From: Chiloscyllium plagiosum
Lineage: Eukaryota
Assembly: GCF_004010195.1 (NCBI RefSeq)
Contig: NC_057720.1
Location: 13,361,241 to 13,409,573, forward strand
Direction: 5' to 3'
DNA: 48,333 nt
Shown: positions 46,708-48,333 of the stretch, one piece after another
How positions within the stretch are numbered: position 1 is the first letter of the stretch
How the letters are laid out: each line of letters opens with the position of its first letter
Translations under genes and position numbers: made by a program
Notes under the pieces: generated by a model
The model's input: the letters and a program-made list of their open reading frames with translations, nothing else
Database searches by the model: none
What the model was told of the DNA's origin: nothing

Positions 46708-47255
46708 AAAATGAAGGGGGATCTCATAGAAAACCATTAAAGTTTGCATGATTAGACAGGAAGGATGTTTCCAATGGCCAGGGAATCCAGAAGCAGATAG
46801 CACAGTCCAATGCGGGGTCAACCATTTAGGACTGAGTTAAAAATCGCACAACAGGTCATAGTCCAACAGGTTTATTTAGAAGTACAAGCTTTCGGAGTGC
46901 TGCACCTTTGGCAGGTAGTGAGCTTCCAAATAAACCTGTTGGACTACAGCCTGATGTTGGGTGATTTTTAACTTTGCCCACTCAGACCAACACCAGCATC
47001 TCCACATCATTTAGGACTGAGTTGAGGGGAGATTTCTTCATCCAGAGAGTGGTGAATCTGTGGAAGTCTCTGCATCCGAAGGTAGTTGAGGCCAAATCAT
47101 TGAATCTTTTCAAGAAGGAGTTAGATATAGTTCTTAGGGTTAAAGGGATCAAAGGGTTGGAGAGAAAGTGAGAATAGGGTATGAATTGGTGGATCAGCCA
47201 TGATCATATTGAAAGGTGGAGTCAGCTCAAAGACCTTGTATTTTCCATGTTTCTG
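46708..47255 (+). mobile_element. CR1 3' end split by a family B element
   Basis: Peptide FRTELRGDFFIQRVVNLWKSL...FKKELD; 3' UTR gatcagccatgatc. Confidence 0.85.
46838..47008 (+). mobile_element. Family B fold-back element
   Basis: Inverted tagtccaacaggtttattt / aaataaacctgttggacta. Flanking direct repeat catttaggactgagtt at 46823-46838 and 47008-47023. Confidence 0.9.
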
Positions 47256-47584
47256 TGTGCCTAAGTGCTCACGTTAAGAGACAGAAAAAGTGCTAAACGT
47301 CCCTTTTATAATCTTGTACTCTGAAACTGGAAGGTTTTGTTGGTGGCACTGGGTACTCCAACAGTGCTAGTCTAACTTGGCTATGTGGTATGCTCTCAGC
47401 TTGTTCAGCCACCTCATAATATCCAGTGGAGCTAGTCACCAACAGGTCTCATTCACAAGGTTTTATCTATTGGATTTTGAATGGTTTGGGTGGGGATGGG
47501 AGGGAAAATGGAAAAGATTGGGATTGCCAGAAATGGCAAGTATTAAAATTGTGTTACGCTCACAGCACTAACATAGTTACCAAT

Positions 47585-47700
47585 AATAAAATTGGATTTT
47601 GCTGGAGGAACTCAGCAGGTCTGACAGAATTTGTGGAGAGACAGAGAGATAGACAATGTTTTGAATCTGATATAAATCTTCTCAGGAGTTGAAGTGGGAG
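47585..47700 (-). mobile_element. PLE family C end
   Basis: gctggaggaactcagcaggtctgacagaatttgtggagagacagagag. Confidence 0.65.
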
Positions 47701-48333
47701 GTGAAAAAGTGATGGTGTTGAAAAGGGGCGGGAAGGATCAAGGAGAAACAGAATGGTGACATGACAGAAGGCGATCAGTGAGCTTACACTGATTCTAATC
47801 CCTGGTGCCAATCAGGAATGAAAGGTCAACAAATGTTTGCAGGGTGTTGGTGACTGGAGATCAAAGGAGTCCAAAAGTCAAAGAGAGTGGTGATGGTTGT
47901 CGTGTTAAAAACAAAGTATTTGTCCAAACCAAGTGTTAACAGCTGAATAAAAATCAGCTCTGATCTTTAGTTGCCAGGTCTTCAAGATGGAGTTTTCAGC
48001 AATTAAAGGTCCTTCTTTTGGGCTTTAATATAAAGAGAGAAATCACAGCAGTGTGAAAACTAACAGCTTTTTTTAATCCACACTATGCCATACGATAAAG
48101 ATATTGGACACAAAGATTGCTGCATGACTGGGCGGAGTGTTTTGAAATGGGAAGCCATGTAATGTGATCTCCAGGGATGCATCCAGTTAGAATTGGCAAC
48201 CCTCAACGATTCACCTTCATCAGTAATACAGCATTGTAGGCCCACAGTGGGCCAGGAACAGCGTCAGGAAAATCATCACAAGGACAGACAGAAAGGGGGG
48301 GAGGTGGGGTAGAGGAGGGGAAGCACTAAATGA

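Overview
Vertebrate genomic DNA, most likely an elasmobranch (shark), judged from HE1-type SINEs and HER1/CR1-type LINEs. The window is intronic or intergenic and dominated by degraded retroelements: CR1/HER1, L2, Rex1/Babar, L1, RTE and Penelope-like elements (PLEs), plus several SINE families. There are two assembly gaps. No intact, confidently identifiable host gene is present, and almost all ORF-track entries are transposon fragments or chance frames. The most notable signal is four PLE-type short element families that carry minimal hammerhead-ribozyme cores (CUGANGA-stem II-GAAA, followed by a palindromic stem III). Three of these families also occur as fold-back palindromes that turn at or near the ribozyme, and many copies are flanked by 10-16 bp target-site duplications (TSDs). 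Also seen: two short copies of nearby LINE-internal sequence, deep nesting of elements, a tentative minus-strand exon chain at 27.7-30.8 kb with possible BRCT-like similarity, and candidate enhancer-like unique islands. Element boundaries are approximate and family names come from recall, not from a database search.
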